This document shows positions 12,517 to 25,100 of a stretch of DNA of 64,000 bases, piece after piece. The notes below the pieces were generated by a model. That model had not been told where the DNA came from. It did not search any database and saw only the letters and a list, made by a program, of their open reading frames with translations. A program made the translations under genes and the position numbers. The DNA is taken from positions 16,612,587 to 16,676,586 of the forward strand of contig CM120648.1 of NCBI GenBank assembly GCA_051362555.1, read 5' to 3'. This DNA comes from Lingula anatina (lineage: Eukaryota; Animalia; Brachiopoda). Numbering within the stretch: the first letter of the stretch is position 1; every line of letters begins with the position of its first letter.

Positions 12517-15500
12517 TTTTTATGTACAGACACAGATGTGTCTGTACATATTGCCATCACCTGCGTCTGTCGTCGCCGTCGTCGCCGATGCCGATGCCGG
12601 CGCCGTGCACTTTCCTTGTTAACACGATAAGTGGAGGGCAGTTTTACTTTTTGGCTTTATATTTACAGAGCTGATGAATATTCATAAAACGCAGGTCAAG
12701 TTCGAAAATCAGCATGATCGGGCCATTATTGTAGAATTTTTGCTGTTTTTTCACTTTTAAGCATATATGCAACCCTGTTAACACATTTTAAGGAAAACCG
12801 ATAGGCCTGTTGTCATGAAACTCACAGGAGTAATCAATCTTACTAAAACGCAGGTCAAGTTCGAAAATCGGCATGATCGGGCCACTATTTTAGTAGTTAT
12901 GCTGTTTTTTCACTTTTTAGCATATATGCAACACTGTAAACACAATATAAGAAAAACAGATAGGCCAATTGTCATTAAACTCACAGGAGTGGTCAATCTT
13001 ACTAAAATGCAGGTTGAGTTTGAAAATTAGTATAATCGCGCCATTGTTTTAGAAGTCATGCTGTTTTTTCACATTTCCTCAAATTCAATTCTTAGGCATG
13101 TTAACAGTCTTATTATTTAATTAATAAGACACATAAAAGTGTTTGTTTGACATTTCCTGCATCTTTACAATGTTGTTTGTTGATTATGTAGAAATTATGG
13201 TAAACTTGTTATCGTGTATCGTGTAATAAAGTGTCAAAAATGGAAATAAACTCATATCAGTCAGATTCAATCATTCACTATGTTCAGAATGTCAGAATGG
13301 AGGAAATTGGACATTTGACACAGTTCTATTGATATTTGTCCCATCTCATCAATTTTCTTAGTTGATCATATAAAAATGGCAGTAAACTGTTTATTTCATC
13401 TTATATTAAAAAAAGTGTTAAAAATGGAAATAAACCCATTTCAGCACAGTGCTGTCTAGTTTACATTTTGGCATATTCAAGGTGTCACTTTGAAGTTCCA
13501 TGGGCATGAAGACCTTTGCTAGTCACATTTTCTGAATATACATGACATTATTAAAAATTGATGATCATTATGCTGTTAAACATTATGTAATATTGGATCA
13601 AAATTTGAAAATAAACCTATTTTGGGCACTGTTCCCATGATGGCCATTTAAGGAAAACCATGTCATTTACTGTTCTCAAAATTACAGAAAGAAACATGGG
13701 ACTTAAATACAGCTTCAGTAGGCAATGCAATCTGTTTGGTAATTCTTTCTGCCGGTTAAACAGTTTTTTTGTGAAAGTTTAATTTTTCACATATTGGCAT
13801 TTTCAAGGTGTGACTTTGAAGTTCCACAGGCCTGAAGACCCATGCTAGACACATTTTCTGAAAATCCATGATACCTTTATTTTATTATTAAAAATTGATT
13901 GTCATTATGCTGTTAACCATTATGTAATATTGCATCAGAATAGAAGAACACACAATTTTGGGTGCTGCTGCCATGAAAACCATTATGGGAAAACCATGTT
14001 ACTTATGATTGCCAAACTTTCAAAAAAGAAATACAGGACTAAAATGCAGCCTGAGTTGGAAAAGCAGTCTAATTGACTTCTTTTTCTGGAAGTTATACAT
14101 TTTCAGAGTGTGAACTTGAACTCCTATGGGGCTGAAGCCTTATGCTTGTTACACATTTTACTTACATTGGAATTACCTGTTGAGCATAATTAAAATTTGA
14201 TGTTGAATTTGCAGTTTAACATAATGTACTTTTGCATCAGAATTGACTGTACCCTATTTTGTTTTTTATGTACAGACACAGATGTGTCTGTACATATTGC
14301 CATCACCTGCGTCTGTCGTCGCCGTCGTCGCCGATGCCGATGCCGATGCCGATGCCGATGGCGATGCCGTCGCCGTGCACTTTCACTGTAAACACGATAA
14401 GTGGAACACAGTTTTATTTTTTGGTTTTATATTTACAGAGCTGATGAATATTCATAAAACGCAGGTCAAGTTCGAAAATCAGCATGATCGGGCCATTATT
14501 GTAGAAGTTATGCTGTTTTTTCACTTTTCAGCATATATGCAACCCTGTAAACACATTTTAAGGAAAACCGTTAGGCCTGTTGTCATGAAACTCAGAGAAG
14601 TAATCAATCTTTTTAAAACGCAGGTCAAGTCCGAAAATGGGCATGATCGGGCCACTATTTTAGTAGTTATGCTGTTTTTTCCTTTTTTCAGCATATGTGC
14701 AACACTGTAAACACAATTTAAGAAAAACAGATGGGCCAATTGTCATTAAACTCACAGGAGTGGTCAATCTTACTAAAACGCAGGTTGAGTTCGAAAATCA
14801 GCATAATCGGGCCATTATTTTAGAAGTTATGCTGTTTTTTCACATTTCCTCAGATTCAATTCTTAGGCATGTTAACAGTCTTATTATTTTACTAATAAGA
14901 TACATTAAAGTGTTTGTTTGACATTTCCTGCATCTTTACAACATTGTTAGTAGATTATGTAAAAATGATGGTAAACTTGTTATCGTGTATTGTGTAATAA
15001 AGTGTCAAAAATGGAAATAAACTCATATCATTGCAGTTTGTCAGATTCAATCATTCACTATGTTCAGAATCTCAGAATGGAGGAAATTGGACATTTAACA
15101 CTATTCTATTGATATTTTCCCATCTCATCAATTATCTTAGTTGATGCTATAAAAATGGCAGTAAACTGTTTATTTTGTTTTATGTTAAAAAAAGTGTTAA
15201 AAATGGAAATAAACCCATGTCAGAACAGTGCTGTCTTGTTTCACATTTCCTCAGATTCAATTCTTAGGCATGTTAACAGTCTTATTATTTAACTAATAAG
15301 ACATGTAAAAGTGTTTGGTTGACATTTCCTGCATCTTTACAACATTATTAGTTGATTATGTAAAAATGATGGTAAACTTGTTATCTTGTATTGTGTAATA
15401 AAGTTTCAAAAATGGAAACAAACTCATATCATTACAGTTTGTCAGATTTAATCATTCACTATGTTCAGAATCTCAGAATGGAGGAAATTGGACATTTAAC

Positions 15501-16699
15501 ACTGTTGTATTGATATTTTTCCCATCTCATCAATTTTCTTAGTTGATCGTATAAAAATGGCAGTAACCTGTTAATTTTGTTTTATGTTTAAAAAATTGTT
15601 AAAAATGGAAAAAAAAAACATTTCAGAACAGTGCTGTCTTGTTTACATTTTGGCATTTTCAAGTTGTGACTTTGAAGTTCCATGGGCCTGAAGACCTTTG
15701 CTAGTCACATTTTCTGAATATCCATGATACTAATATTTTATTATTAGAAATTGATGGTCATTATGCTGTTAAACATTATGTAATATTGCATCAAAATTTG
15801 AAAAAAATCTATTTTGGGCACTGCTCCCATGATGAGCATTTAAGAAAAACCATGTCACTTACTGTTCTCAAACAGTACAGTAAATATGTACAGATGTGTC
15901 TGTACATATTGCCATCACCTGCGTCTGTCGTCGCCGTCGTCACTGTCGCTGGTGCCGTGCACTTTCATTGTAAACACGATAAGTGGAAGGCAATTTTACT
16001 TTTTGACTGTATATTTACAGAGCTGATGAATATTCATAAAATGCAGATCAAGTTCGAAAATCAGCATGATCGGGCCACTATTTTAGTAGTTATGCTGTTT
16101 TTTCATTTTTCAGCATATATGCAACACTGTAAACACAATATAAGAAAAACAGGCCAATTGTCATTAAACTCACAGGAGTGGTCATTCCTGCTAAAACGCA
16201 GGTTGAGTTAAAAAAAACAGCATAATCGGGCCATTATTTTAAAAAAATGCCGTTTTTTCACATTTCCTCAGATTCAATTCTTAGGCATGTTAACAGTTTC
16301 ATTATTTAATTAATAAGATACGTAAAAGTGTTTGTTTGGCATTTCCTGCATCTTTACAACATTATTAGTTGATTATGTAAAAATGATGGTAAACTTGTTA
16401 TCATGTATTGTGTAATAAAGTTTCAAAAATGGAAATAAACTCATATCATTGCAGTTTGTCAGATTCAATCATTCACTATGTTCAGAATCTCAGAATGGAA
16501 GAAATTGGACATTTAACACTGCTCTATTGATATTTTCCCCATCTCATCAATTTTCTTAGTTGATCATATAAAAACGGCAGTAAACTGTTAATTTTGTGTT
16601 ATGTTAAAAATTATAAAAAATAAAAAAAAAAACATTTCAGAACAGTGCTGTCTTGTTCCTTCTTGTTGTCTGTACATTTGACAGCTTTGCTGCCTTGTT
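12517..16699 (+). mobile_element. head-to-tail array of three Helentron-associated non-autonomous elements (family A) in a SPEN intron
   Basis: Copies start at about 12517, 14262 and 15886. Each has a T-run, a subterminal inverted repeat (tgtacaga.../tgtctgtaca), a (CGT/GCCGAT)n microsatellite and internal tandem units; 3' subTIR plus hairpin tgtctgtacatttgacagctttgctgcc at 16667-16694. Confidence 0.8.
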
Positions 16700-16769
16700 T
16701 ACAATTTTCACCCATAAGATTTTTCATGATGATCGTCTAAATTGACTGCCAACATTCTGTTCCCTTTAG

Positions 16770-16915
16770 ATTGACTTTGCCAGTAGAGACTGCCAGACCT
16801 CATTCTTTGACAAGATGCAGCGCTCGGGGCAGCTGCGTCCCGGAGAGCGCCCGGACGAGAGGGCAATCAGGACCAATCCAAAGTTTCCTGTCACTCCTAC
16901 ATATGAGGAACCAAG
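16770..16915 (+). CDS. spen: SPEN exon, end of RRM4 (IDFASRDCQTSFFDKMQRSGQ...)
   Basis: cctttag acceptor, AG|gtgagc donor; resembles SPEN VDFANRESQLAFYHCMEKSGQ. Confidence 0.95.
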
Positions 16916-17464
16916 GTGAGCTGCTTCACTTTCACTTCCAGTCTCACTTTCACCAGATATTCAAGAGGCTTTTTTATTCAAGAACTGAATTACTCTGAAT
17001 ATATTTTGCATCACATAAGAGTATACAAATGTTTGAAACTGAGAAGTTTAAAGTGGACAAATTTAATTTTTGTCAGGTTTTGGATAAGATATGCCTTGGT
17101 CATAAATTAAAACTTGAGTTGGATTTTACTTATTTATTTCTTAATGCAATTTTTTTTGTTTATGAAGGACAATGGGTGTTGTTTGTCTGCAGCCACACCT
17201 TAATCAGCTGTTTTATGTATTTATATCATTTTTTCAAACAGTAGTTCTCTGAATATAATTTTTCACATCTCCTTTGTTCTGATATTTTACTATATTTTTG
17301 GATGCTATCCCATTTATCAAATTTACTCCTTTGTTCTGACATTTGTTTTGTTCTTGGAAGCTGTCTTTATGAAAAAAAAAAAAAAAAAAAAAAAAAAAGT
17401 CAGCTAGTTTTATCAGCCGTACTTTCCTCATTTTTCTGCACATTTCTGATTTCTTAACCTCCAG

Positions 17465-17668
17465 AGACCCGAGAGCATTCCCAGCTATGCGTCAGGACAT
17501 GTTTGAAGGGCGGGGGCGGGGCAGCACCTTCACTTCCGGCGGATCACGGTCGCGGGGAGGAGGGACAAATTCTCGGAATTTCCGTGGCAGAGGAGGGGGC
17601 AGCAGGGGAAGCTTTTCTGAGGATTTCCCGGGTTCTGGTTTCCATGACGACTTCAGGGACAGAAGAAG
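17465..17668 (+). CDS. spen: SPEN exon, RG/RGG-rich
   Basis: ctccag acceptor, AG|gtaatt donor, phase 2-2, ORF 17487..17672. Confidence 0.9.
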
Positions 17669-18475
17669 GTAATTGTCCTTGTGAGAAACTGTTTTTGAAA
17701 TTAAATAAAAATCAAAAGAAAGAAAGTTAAAAAAAAAAGGTTCTGTCCTGAAACTGTTGAAAATGCCCTTATGATCAAGAATTTAGGATTTACTAGGTTC
17801 AACACAGGCCGTATAACACCATAGAAAATAAAAATTTTGGAATTAATTCAAGACTAAAATTTTTGTCTTCATTGACCCAAGATAATTCAGTAGAAGTTCA
17901 GTTTTGTGAAGCATAGCACTTGTTTTATGTAGTAATAGAAAACCAAAATGTCAATTTTTAGACCAATATTGACTGCTTTTGACCAATTTGGATTTATCTT
18001 GAATTCAAGACATTTGGTTGAAAGATCTTTAGTGAAAATTGTATCAGCTCATCTTACTTATGCAAAGATGAAGTTCCTTGCAGAAGATCAATAGAAGTGT
18101 CATGTTTTGGTATTATAGTACACACTTTAGTTTCCGGGAAGAGTAAATCCTTGACTGTCAACATTTTGTGGTTAGCTTCAAAATAGAAGCTTTCCATGGA
18201 GTCTTATTTATATCATTCTGGAGAACAGCACCACAGCAGCTAAATCAGAGACAGCAGATTAGAGATAGGTATATGCTTAGAATAAGAGCTGTTTCCTCCC
18301 CAAGGAGGTCAGAACGTCAGCATCCAGTTTGTATCAGGGCCAAAAATCACCAGACATCTATAGCAAACCACGCTGGGACACATGTAGTGCGGTTTATAAG
18401 AACTGAACTTGAATGAACTTTACATGTATTACTGGTACTTAACTTTTATTTATGGTTTATTTTTGTACTTTGCAG

Positions 18476-21400
18476 GCATTTTGATGAAGTTGGCAGTCAA
18501 CGGAGCTTCACTGATGACTACGAAAGTGAGTTAAGGGATTATGGGTATTCACAGCGTGACCGCCATGGCAGTCTAAGTCCGCCACCACGGGATAGAGACA
18601 GACATTTTGAACGGCGGAGTTTGAGTCCGTATGGTCACGGCTATCCTCCCTCAGAGGGTAGCATGCATGGCAGTGCCAGATTTGACGATCGATACGACGA
18701 GCACAATGCTGATCGATTCAGCAGAGACACTGAGTGCCAGTCTGACAGTAGAGACTCACGCAGAGACCATAAAGACCGGCCAACTGAGGAAAAATTCCGT
18801 CCACATGAAAAACGCTCTCGTGACCGTGATGAGAGACGTGTACGCTCAAGAGACAGTATTTCTGGACAGAGTCCACAAAGTAGCGAGTATAGCAGTCATG
18901 CCAGTCCTGCGGGCAACAGGAGTCGGAGCCTAAGCCCGAGAGATAAATCACGCGATAAGGACAGGTCTAGTAGGCCTGCGACACCGCCTACACCGACAAG
19001 AGACGAACTACCTCAAAATTCGAGAGGTGGACAGGAAAGTCCTATGGATTATGAAACTTCGCAGTGGAATTATGGGAAATATCCTGATCTTCGAAGCCAT
19101 ATAAAACGCGAAGGTCATGACCCCACTGATTTAGGCAACAGGAAGTATGACATAGATAGAGGCTCTGCCAAATCGGAGCAACTGTCTCAAAAATCACATC
19201 GGACTAAACACAGCGATGTTGATATGAGAACTCGCCATGGTAAATATGATTCTATGGATAGTATGGATGTTGAGAAAAGTCTCAAGTCTGAAGTGGTGGT
19301 TCACAAAACGGGTGATAGACCAAGTGACGTTGAATCACAACGCAAACTACAGCGTCAGTACTCTCGGAGTTCTACAGGAAGTCACGGGTCAAGGAGTAAA
19401 AACGTGTCGGACGCTCATGGTGATAACTGCGACACGGACAAAACGTCTAAGGGAGAGAGGACCAAAGCATTACTGTGTGATGAACGGATTGTAAAACATA
19501 CCAAGGATTACGACAAACAGCGACAGGCCTCACTGCACAAAGATAAAAATTCCAAATCCAAGGACGACAGTGGAAGTAGTTCTGACTCGAGCTCTGAGAG
19601 CAGTAATGACAACTCTGATGCCGAGGAAGGGAAAGAGGAGGTGGCAAAAGGCGCTTCTTCTGATCTGAACAAGTTACAAAGTAAGAAACAACAACTGCTT
19701 CAACTCATCAAACAACTGGACGAAACCGGGAGTGCCAGTGACGGTGACTCTCAGCAGGATGAAGAGGGGAAGCGCCTGACAAAAAAGCCTCGTTTGGAGG
19801 ATGTTTTTGACTTGGAACGCGGACCAAAGTTATCTTATAGGAAAGTTATACTGGAAACAGCAAGGGCACTTGAGGAGGAGAATAAGGATGTACAACAACA
19901 TTCTCAGCAGCAACTACAAATGTCACAGCAGCAAATCATTCAGTTGTCAGAAACACAACACCCAAAGGAGACTAAACCATTGGATCCTTTTAAATTTAAG
20001 CCAATTGATTCAACACAGAGCTTTAGGAAGCAAATGGAAGCAAGGCGGAAAGAAATGGAAAAGAAAACTTTAGGCAGAATGTCACACCATCAGGTTCGCC
20101 GAGGTCATGGAGACAACAGCCAGTCAAAATCCTTGGATGAGGATTTGTTCGATATGGGACCAGAAAACTCTCCAAAGGATATACCGTCAGAGTTTTTATC
20201 TCGTAAACGTAGGTTAAAAACAACTGGAGATTTAACAGAGCAGGAGTCTTTACAAGCCAAACGTTCATACAGACTGAAAAGGACGGAAGATATATTTAGC
20301 AGCAGTGGAGATGAAGGGGACTCCAAGCAAAGTTCAACTTCGAAGTCTCCACTGCGGAAAAATTTGGATTCTAACATGGATATGCTTTCAAGGAAATCTA
20401 AGACACCGCTGATCAGCCTTGAAGGAGATACTGTACATGTGGATGTACGTAGAAAAATGGAAGAATTACGTCAACGGCGTGTCACAGAAAAGCGTCAGTC
20501 TACAGCGTCAGCAGATATCCATGCTTGGAGTATACAGGAGGCTCGCTTGGAATATTTAAAACGTGATTTTCCTCTTTCTCTGCCGCTCCCAAGTTTTGCA
20601 CTTCAGTCACAACATTCTCTGTCACCCAAAGCCTCGCCCAAATCAATATCATCCCCAAAAATACAATCGCCACAAATTTCACCAGGAATTGCTAAACTCC
20701 AGTCACCTCCCTTTTCGCCAGGCATAAAAGCAATACAAATGTTTCAACCCTCGACGAACCTCACAAAAACTGACGATTCTCTGTCTAACGCTACACCTAC
20801 TGATGACAAAATTGTTTCTAGTTCTACGACTAACGTGGAGTCGCTGGCTGGACCAGTGGCTCCCCCTATGGACCAGCCTCTTGTTTTACCTGGCACCACA
20901 CAGGCAGAACAGTCTGACACTGTCAGTGTGCCCTCTGGCACGGATTCATTGACAGCAACTTCAACAACAGCTTTGAAGGAAAAAGATGGAGATATTGAAA
21001 CTCCCATGGAAACTGAGAATACAGAGATAGTTGATGCTTCTAGTGTTAATGTGAATGATGTGGCAGCCGAGACAATTACAAAAACTTCACCTGCCAGGGA
21101 TTCAGATAATTCTGACTTGTCTGATCTGGAAACGCCTAACTCCCCGAACCGTCCATCTCTGGAGGAGCGTATAAGAGCCTTGGATGAAAAACTGAGCATG
21201 GCATCCAGTTTACAGTCATCTGTGTCATTATCAACTTCAACAAGAACTCTGGACTCTTCTACCCCACCAACAGTGACACCTATAGTGGATTATAATAAAT
21301 ATAGAATTCGTAAACGCGGGGACTCGTTGTCAGCCGTCCCCATGGTCCCTGTGACTGCAGACAAAGTCGAACCCTCGGATATAGTAAAGACATTGTTGTC

Positions 21401-21765
21401 TAGGTCAAGTATATTTGACCAGGATTCCCGAAGGCTAGAACAGATTCACGAGAAATATGAGCCGAAAGATAACATCGCTAAGTCCATGGTTGGAGAGAGT
21501 ATTGCAGTGGTGGGTAATATGGTAGAACCCACTGACGTCATGCTCCAGCAAAAACCTGGGTTTCGAACCAAAGGCGCAGCAAAGGAGTTACCAAACTTGA
21601 CCCAAGCAGCGGCACAGCCCTTGCCAGGCACGCGTGTTCCGAGTCTGGCCAGCTCATCACCTGTGACGCCCATGTCGACATCCAGCGTCTCCACACCCTC
21701 TACCCCTCTGACACCCAGTACACCAGCGACACCTGGTGGAGCATGTAAGCCGCAAACTTCTGCAG
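18476..21765 (+). CDS. spen: SPEN large exon (3,290 nt), low complexity; contains SLEERIRALDEK and SSIFDQDSRRL motifs
   Basis: ttgcag acceptor in frame with ORF 18621..21773; CAG|gtaaat donor; SSIFDQDSRRL resembles SPEN SSIFEQDSKRL. Confidence 0.93.
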
Positions 21766-22108
21766 GTAAATAGGCATAAATGCAATTGTTTGGAAAAGAT
21801 TACAAAAAGTCTTGCCTGAATTATTTTCCAAAATCCAAAAAGAAAGTTTTCGTAATGTTGTTTACTGGTTAGGATGCATCTGTTTGATAATGTTTGTAAT
21901 GAAAATTGGAAGGATTTGAAAATTTAAGTATTTTTTCGTCTAGTTGGGGACTTAAACTAGTTGCTAATCAAAGAAAATGACCAAAAATGTTTCAGATATC
22001 AAGAATGAATTAAAATTTAATAAGAGCCCAAGTAAAGCAGACTCCAAAGATATTTACTAAAATTAATTTCATGTGGTAAATGTAAATGCACTTAAACTTC
22101 CTTTTCAG

Positions 22109-25100
22109 GCATGACAGCTCCTGGCTGGAAACCAGTCACGGATTACGCTGCCTTGAAGGCAGCAGCTCAGCAGCAACAACAGCAGCTGCAGATCCAGACG
22201 CCCCCTACAGTTCCACAGGTCATGTCCACATCCCAACAACAGCAGCCAGTCCCCCTGAAGCCCATCCTCAAGAAGGATATCTCTCCCTCAGATCCCAGGA
22301 AGGAAAGGTCAGCTCTGTACGCTTTGAAAACTGACACAGCTGTTATGTCTGCGGCACCAGTGGGGGCAGCTGCGTCACCAGCCTTGCCAAGAAAGGACAG
22401 TACATCGGCTTTTAACAGTGGTGGAGATACGTCACATTCAGGGAGAACAGTTTCTGGGGGCACCTCAGCGGAGACATCTGCCCATGCTGCCACAGCCACC
22501 AGTAAAGTGAAAGAAGAATCGGTGCCATCTAGTAATAGGACACCAGCTCCTCTTGGTGTTGCCAAGGAGACTGCTGCCACGGAAACTCCCGGGGAGTTGT
22601 CTGCTGCCCCTATGAAGAAGGAGGTGCCCAGTAGGCCTGACCCCAGACTGAACAGTGGCATTCTGGGAAAAAGGAAGGCTAATGATGACAGCGCCAAAAT
22701 GAAGGAGGAAAATAAAATAAGGGAAAAGAAACCAAAAGATGTGTCTAACTCTGCAGGTGGCCTTCAAGATTCTAAAAACTCTGCCTCTGTGAATGTTGTG
22801 AAACCTTCTGAACCTGAGACTAAGAAACCCAAACTGCAAACTAAAGACAGCACTAACAGTAGTAGTAATAGGGAGAAAGACAGGAAAGAGGGAGGAAAGG
22901 AGAAAAAATCCAACTCAGTTCCATCTAAAAATGACAACAAAGATTCTACAGGGGACTCGTCTCAGACCAAGGAAGTTGTTAAGAAAACCCAAAGTTCCTC
23001 CTCAGCATCCTCGACAAGTAAGTCACAGAAATCAGTTGAAAAGAAACCCACTAAAGAGGGCAGTGCAGAGCGTGGAGACAAGAAAAGCTTTCCTGAACCC
23101 ACTAAAAAGGTCTCTAACAGAGAGAGTGAAAAGAAGGCCTCTGACAAGGATGCCAAGTTCCAAGATAGAAGCAAAGAAAGAGATAAGATGAAAGATAGAA
23201 AGGACAAGTCCCACAGCAAAGACAGACATTCCAGAGAAAAGGAAAAATCATCTGAGAAGTCAGTTTCCGAGAAAACGTCTGATAAAATCAGTTCTGAAAA
23301 AAGTGAAAAACCAATTGTGGAGAAATCAAATGACAAAGGAAATTCTGAGAAGTCATCAGACAAATCCAGCTCTGAAAAATCCCTTGACAAATTTGGCTCT
23401 GAAAAGAACTCAAAAGCAGATAAAACATCATCATCCTCTCAAGATAAGGAAAGGGTTTCTGATACAAAAATGAGAGACAAAGAAAAAGAGAAAGCTGGAA
23501 TAAAAAGAGAAGCAGAGAAGAAAAGAGACAAAGATGTTTCTTCTAGAGATAAGGACAGACAAAAAGCTAAAGACAATGACAAGGCCAGAGATGGCAGTAA
23601 AGAGCGAGAAAAGCCAAGTTCTAGGAATGATGACAGGTCTAAGCATGAGCCATCACCGCCCAAGGGAAAAGACGAGAAGGATAAACAATCTGTAAAATCT
23701 AGGGACACTAAGAATGAGAAAACCAAAAAGGAAGCTGACAAAGATACTTCAAAATCAAAGCAAAAAGTGGAGAAAAATGAAACCAATAAGAAGGCTGCTG
23801 ATGATGTGGAGACCTCAAAAGTCAAGATGGAGGAAAAAAGTGGGAGACCTGCAAACAAGAATACTGATCAGAAGAAATTTAAGGACAGTGGAGACAAGGG
23901 ATCGCAGAGCAGCTCACCACATGCTTCAAAAACCAGCAAGTCTACAAAAGAGAAAGATGCTGCTAAGAAAGAGCCCACCAAAGCTGAAAAACCCACCAAG
24001 GTAGACCAGACCAAGTCCAATCCAAAGTCCACCCCAGCAAAGAGAGGCAACGACAGACAGCAAAGCAAAAGTGATGTAAAGAAATCCAAACCGAGCCAAG
24101 ACAAGGCAGAAGAGAAAAGGACACAGGAGAGGGAGAAAGAGAAGGAAAAAAGCCAAAAGAAAAAACCCGAGCAGCATCGTTTAGATCCAGTCCTATTTGA
24201 CCTGACACGTGAACAGCGGGACTTACTGTCCAACAGTGAAGTGTTTGGTGACGGTTTGTTTGAACCATATGTGTCAATGTATGACAAAGTCAAGCGGAGA
24301 TCTAGCATGATTCAGGAGAACAAGCGACAACCCAAAAGCAGAGACGCAGGCAACAAGCCGAGCAGACGGCGCAGGAAAAGTGGGGAGTCGGACAGCAGCG
24401 AAGATGATGAAACTGGAACTGATTCGGAGAGTCAGGAAGATAGCGAAGACAATTGGGGGAGAGGAAGTCCCAGGAAAACTGTGAAGAGAAGTCAGAGAAA
24501 AACAGGAGAAACTAAAACCAACAGGATGAAGAAACCTATTTTAGACAGCTCCTCTGATGAGGACAGTGATAAGGAAGAGGAAAACAGCGAGAAAAGTGCT
24601 GACTCATCGTCTGACTTGGAATCAGAGACTGTGTTGTCACGTGTCTCAAAGAAATCTACATCCTCCAAGGAGAAAGGCAAACAAGATCCTGCGCCGAAAT
24701 CAAACAAGGCGAAGAAGAAACCAGTGCCCAAGAAGAAGACAGAAAAGGGAAAGTCAGTAGGGTTCACTACGGATTCCGACTCTGATGTCAGTATCAAAGC
24801 CACTGTCAAGTCCACCACCTTGAGGAAACAAAAACAGTCCATTTGGACTTCGGATGAGGATACCGACTCTAATGCAGATGAAGAGAAGCAATCTCCAAAG
24901 GTTAAACCGTTACATGAAACAAGTGAGAGTGAGGACACCGAAATCGACCTACCTAAAGTTAGCAAGGGGAAAAAAGCAGTTGCAAAATCAACAAAGAAGC
25001 AGGCGAAGCCAATGGCCATCTCTACAGAGGATTCCTCTGGGATTGATGAATTTAGTTTGCCATCTACAAAGTCCAGTAAAGAGAAATTGAAAGTCGGTGA

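Noticed and set aside
12358-16211. ORFs with RRRRCRC, ADADAD or PMPMPM tracts
   Set aside because: Translations of the Helentron-type repeat and its microsatellite.
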